Below, one piece after another: positions 61,641-64,000 of a stretch of DNA of 64,000 bases. Each line of letters starts with the position of its first letter. Positions within the stretch are counted from its first letter, which is position 1. This DNA comes from Chiloscyllium plagiosum (taxonomy: Eukaryota). The notes under the pieces are model-generated. The model did no database searches, was not told the origin of the DNA, and worked only from the letters and a program-made list of their open reading frames with translations. The stretch spans positions 17,469,308-17,533,307 of the forward strand of contig NC_057749.1 in the NCBI RefSeq assembly GCF_004010195.1. Reading direction: 5' to 3'. The translations under genes were made by a program, and so were the position numbers.

Positions 61641-62404
61641 AGTGTGGGCAGTATGATCTCCGGTATCTGGATGAATGGCCACCACTCAGGATGAGAATTC
61701 TCTGTGCTCTTCAATGACCTGCTCCTCCACCAGGGTAAGTGCAGCCACCTTTTCTCCAATAACTCACCCTGTCTCCATCTCTGCTCCTGTACCCACCTCC
61801 CACCAAGGCCCAGGCTTACCCCCCTCACCATTGCCAGCACCATCTTCCCTTGCTTACTGTCACTGTGCCCCCACACACACCACTACCCCTGCATGTCCTC
61901 TCTGCCCTGCCTACTCCCTCCCCTCCCCCTGCTTCCTCTCCTTTCCTAGTGGGGAGCAGCTGAGCTCCCAGTGGGACAGGACAAGTGAGATTGTTGGTGG
62001 TGTCTCTGACATTCTGCTCCCCAATGCAGACAGCACTGGCCTGGACTGACATTGGAGGCTGTTGGTAACTCTGTCCCAGGAGCCACTGACTGAAGCCTGG
62101 TGCCCTTGGCTTGGTTTAGGATCACTCCCTGAGCCCTGGCTCCCTGTTTGCTGCTCCCGTGGGGGGTTTGCTGTGGGAGTGGGGGACAGTGATGTGGCAC
62201 ACTGCCGGATTGAAAGGTGCCCACCCCCTGAGCTGGTGATCACTGACCAGCTTAACCAGCTGCCTGGGTCTGTGTCTGTGTCTGTGTCACACTACACAGC
62301 CACGGGGAAGGGGGCTGTCAGTCTGTTAGCTCTGGCTGAGGGAGGGAGGTGTGGGAAGGTGAAGAAAGGTGAAGGAGGGATGCTGTAGGAGTCTGAGTAG
62401 GTTC

Positions 62405-62630
62405 AGGGTGAGAGAGGGAGGGAGGGTGTGAGGGAGTGTGAGAGGGAGTGAGGGAGTGTGTAAGGGTGGGAGTGGGTGTGAGAGAGGGATTGAGTGAGGG
62501 AGGGAGTGGGTGTGTGAGGGGGGATTGGGTGTGTGAGGGAGGGATTGGGTGTGTGTTGAGGGAGTGGGTAGGTGTGTGAGTGAGGGAGGGAGTGGGAGAG
62601 TGAGTGAGGGATTGAGTGAGTGAGTGAGTG
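62405..62630. repeat. Low-complexity (GAGT/GAGG/GT) tract
   Basis: Direct observation. Confidence 0.85.
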
Positions 62631-63480
62631 CTGAAAGAGCAGGTGAGGAGCAGTGAGATGCAACCTGGTCCAATCCAGGAGCTGATGTGACTCTGTGTGC
62701 AGTGTTCCTATAGCAGCACTCCGAGAAAGGCAGGGCCACATGGAGAGTGAGTGAGGGAGTGGGCAGGAAGGGGATTGTGACGTGTTCCTGATGATGTAGT
62801 GAGGCTGCTCTGAGCTGGATGCCAATGCCCGTGAACATGGGGTATGAACGATGCCCACATTCCCCACTCCCTTCATGGGGTATGTCCTGAGACGTTGGTG
62901 TTAGGTGTCCAAGGTAGAGAGAGCTGGAGGAGCGGGCAGTGAGTAGGAGTCACTGGGTAAGCTGCTCAGACTTCCACATCAGGAATTCTGAGAGTCTGGT
63001 TTCTCTCCAGGGTGGGAGAATGGGAAGGTGCATTAGCGTGAAGTAAGATTAATTAATAATGAGAGTAACAGTCAGTGATTAATCCCCATTAATTGACTCT
63101 CACCTACTGAAAATCCTGTCTGTGGGAGTTGGTTGAAAAATGCAAGGTTCCAGTCACAATGTTGAGAAAGACCTCATTGGGCACCATGCCTGATTTTCCC
63201 ACATCATTTGGGAGGTTGGGAAGTTGGAATGTTATTCACCAGAAGAGCTACAGATATTCCTGACTTAAAAATCACGCAACACAGGTTATAGTCCAACAGC
63301 TTTGTTTGGAAGCACTAGCTTTCGGAGCGCTGCTCCATCAGGTGATTGTGGAGAATAAGATTGTAAGACACAGAATTTATAGCAAATATTTACGGTGTGA
63401 TGCAACTGAAATCATACATTGAAAAAGACCCGGATTGTTTGTTAAGTCTCTCATCTTTTAAATTGGGCATGTTGGTTTCA

Positions 63481-63686
63481 GGAGAAAGTGAGGTCTGCAG
63501 ATGCTGGAGATCAAAGTTGAAACTTTATTGCTGGAACAGCACAGCAGGTCAGGCAGCATCCAGGGAACAGGAGATTCGACGTTTCGGGCACAGGCCCTTC
63601 CTGAAGAAGGGCCTGTGCCCGAAACGTCGAATCTCCTGTTCCCTGGATGCTGCCTGACCTGCTGTGCTGTTCCAGCAATAAAGTTT
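63481..63686. mobile_element. Young palindromic Penelope-derived insertion with 14-bp TSD
   Basis: Near-perfect inverted arms; TSD catgttggtttcag at 63468-63481 and 63687-63700. Confidence 0.87.
63598..63631 (+). ncRNA. Minimal type I hammerhead ribozyme motif
   Basis: Stem I TTC/GAA, core CUGAAGA, extra A, stem II GGGC/GCCC, GAAAC-GUC with palindromic ACGU helix III. Confidence 0.65.
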
Positions 63687-64000
63687 CATGTTGGTTTCAG
63701 TCCTTTCATATGTAAATCGCAGAACTTTCTTAAAGTTACATTCTCAAGTGAACTTTAACAATAGGTGCCATGTCGGCCCAGATAATGCATTGAAGGTGTG
63801 AGGTGCCCTGTGTGAGGCTGTCAGTGCCCCAATGTTCAGACTGATCTTATTTCTAAAAAAAAGGGATTTACAGAATCTTACATGGATTCATGCAGTTTCT
63901 GAGCAAAATAAAATGTAATTCTGCAAGTACAAATTCACCCCACAAACTTATGTGTGTGTGTGTGTGTGTGTGCATGTGTGGATGTGTGTATAAAATGGTA

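Larger units (their letters stand above)
61026..63121 (+). mobile_element. PIF/Harbinger transposon remnant with a spliced Myb/SANT-like ORF
   Basis: VPHFTHRDLEVML...RRLILxLP...(P)AW.EV...FNDLL, donor gtaagt 61735, acceptor ttcctag 61949, then EIVGGVSDILL. Weak candidate TIRs GGGCAGGAGTT and GAAAATCCTGTC; boundaries uncertain. Confidence 0.55.
63266..63950 (-). mobile_element. Penelope-like 3' region (family of 56920-57410) with a nested palindromic insertion
   Basis: Reverse homology to 56920-57410. Its own hammerhead (63313-63344, -) lacks AAG after CTGATG. Confidence 0.78.

Noticed and set aside
25000..64000. Exons of THSD4, expected upstream of NR2E3 by synteny
   Set aside because: I found no TSP1 or PLAC domain peptide by eye or in the ORF track. 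Small exons could have been missed; tBLASTn would settle it.

Overview
Eukaryotic vertebrate genomic DNA, most likely a shark or other cartilaginous fish (inferred from the V-SINE, Deu-SINE, CR1 and Penelope repeat content). Two host genes lie tail-to-tail. On + are the last two coding exons and long 3' UTR of MYO9A (873-1015, 5114-5601, ending ...FGNNEFMV*). On - is a complete 8-exon NR2E3 photoreceptor nuclear receptor gene (24540 to 17367, 1218 nt CDS, 405 aa, all introns GT-AG and phase-consistent). The remaining ~39 kb upstream of NR2E3 has no recognisable host gene. It holds CR1, Rex1/Babar and Tx1 LINE remnants, SINEs, Harbinger remnants, two large VNTRs (29/30-bp; 69-bp), candidate CRX-site clusters and one 143-N gap. 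The most striking non-genic signal is a set of short, often palindromic, TSD-flanked Penelope-like insertions. They carry minimal hammerhead-ribozyme cores (CTGAnGA-A-stem II-GAAA-palindromic helix III), two of them intact, and two Penelope GIY-YIG endonuclease remnants lie in the same window. Hammerheads in Penelope elements are known in general; their activity here is untested.
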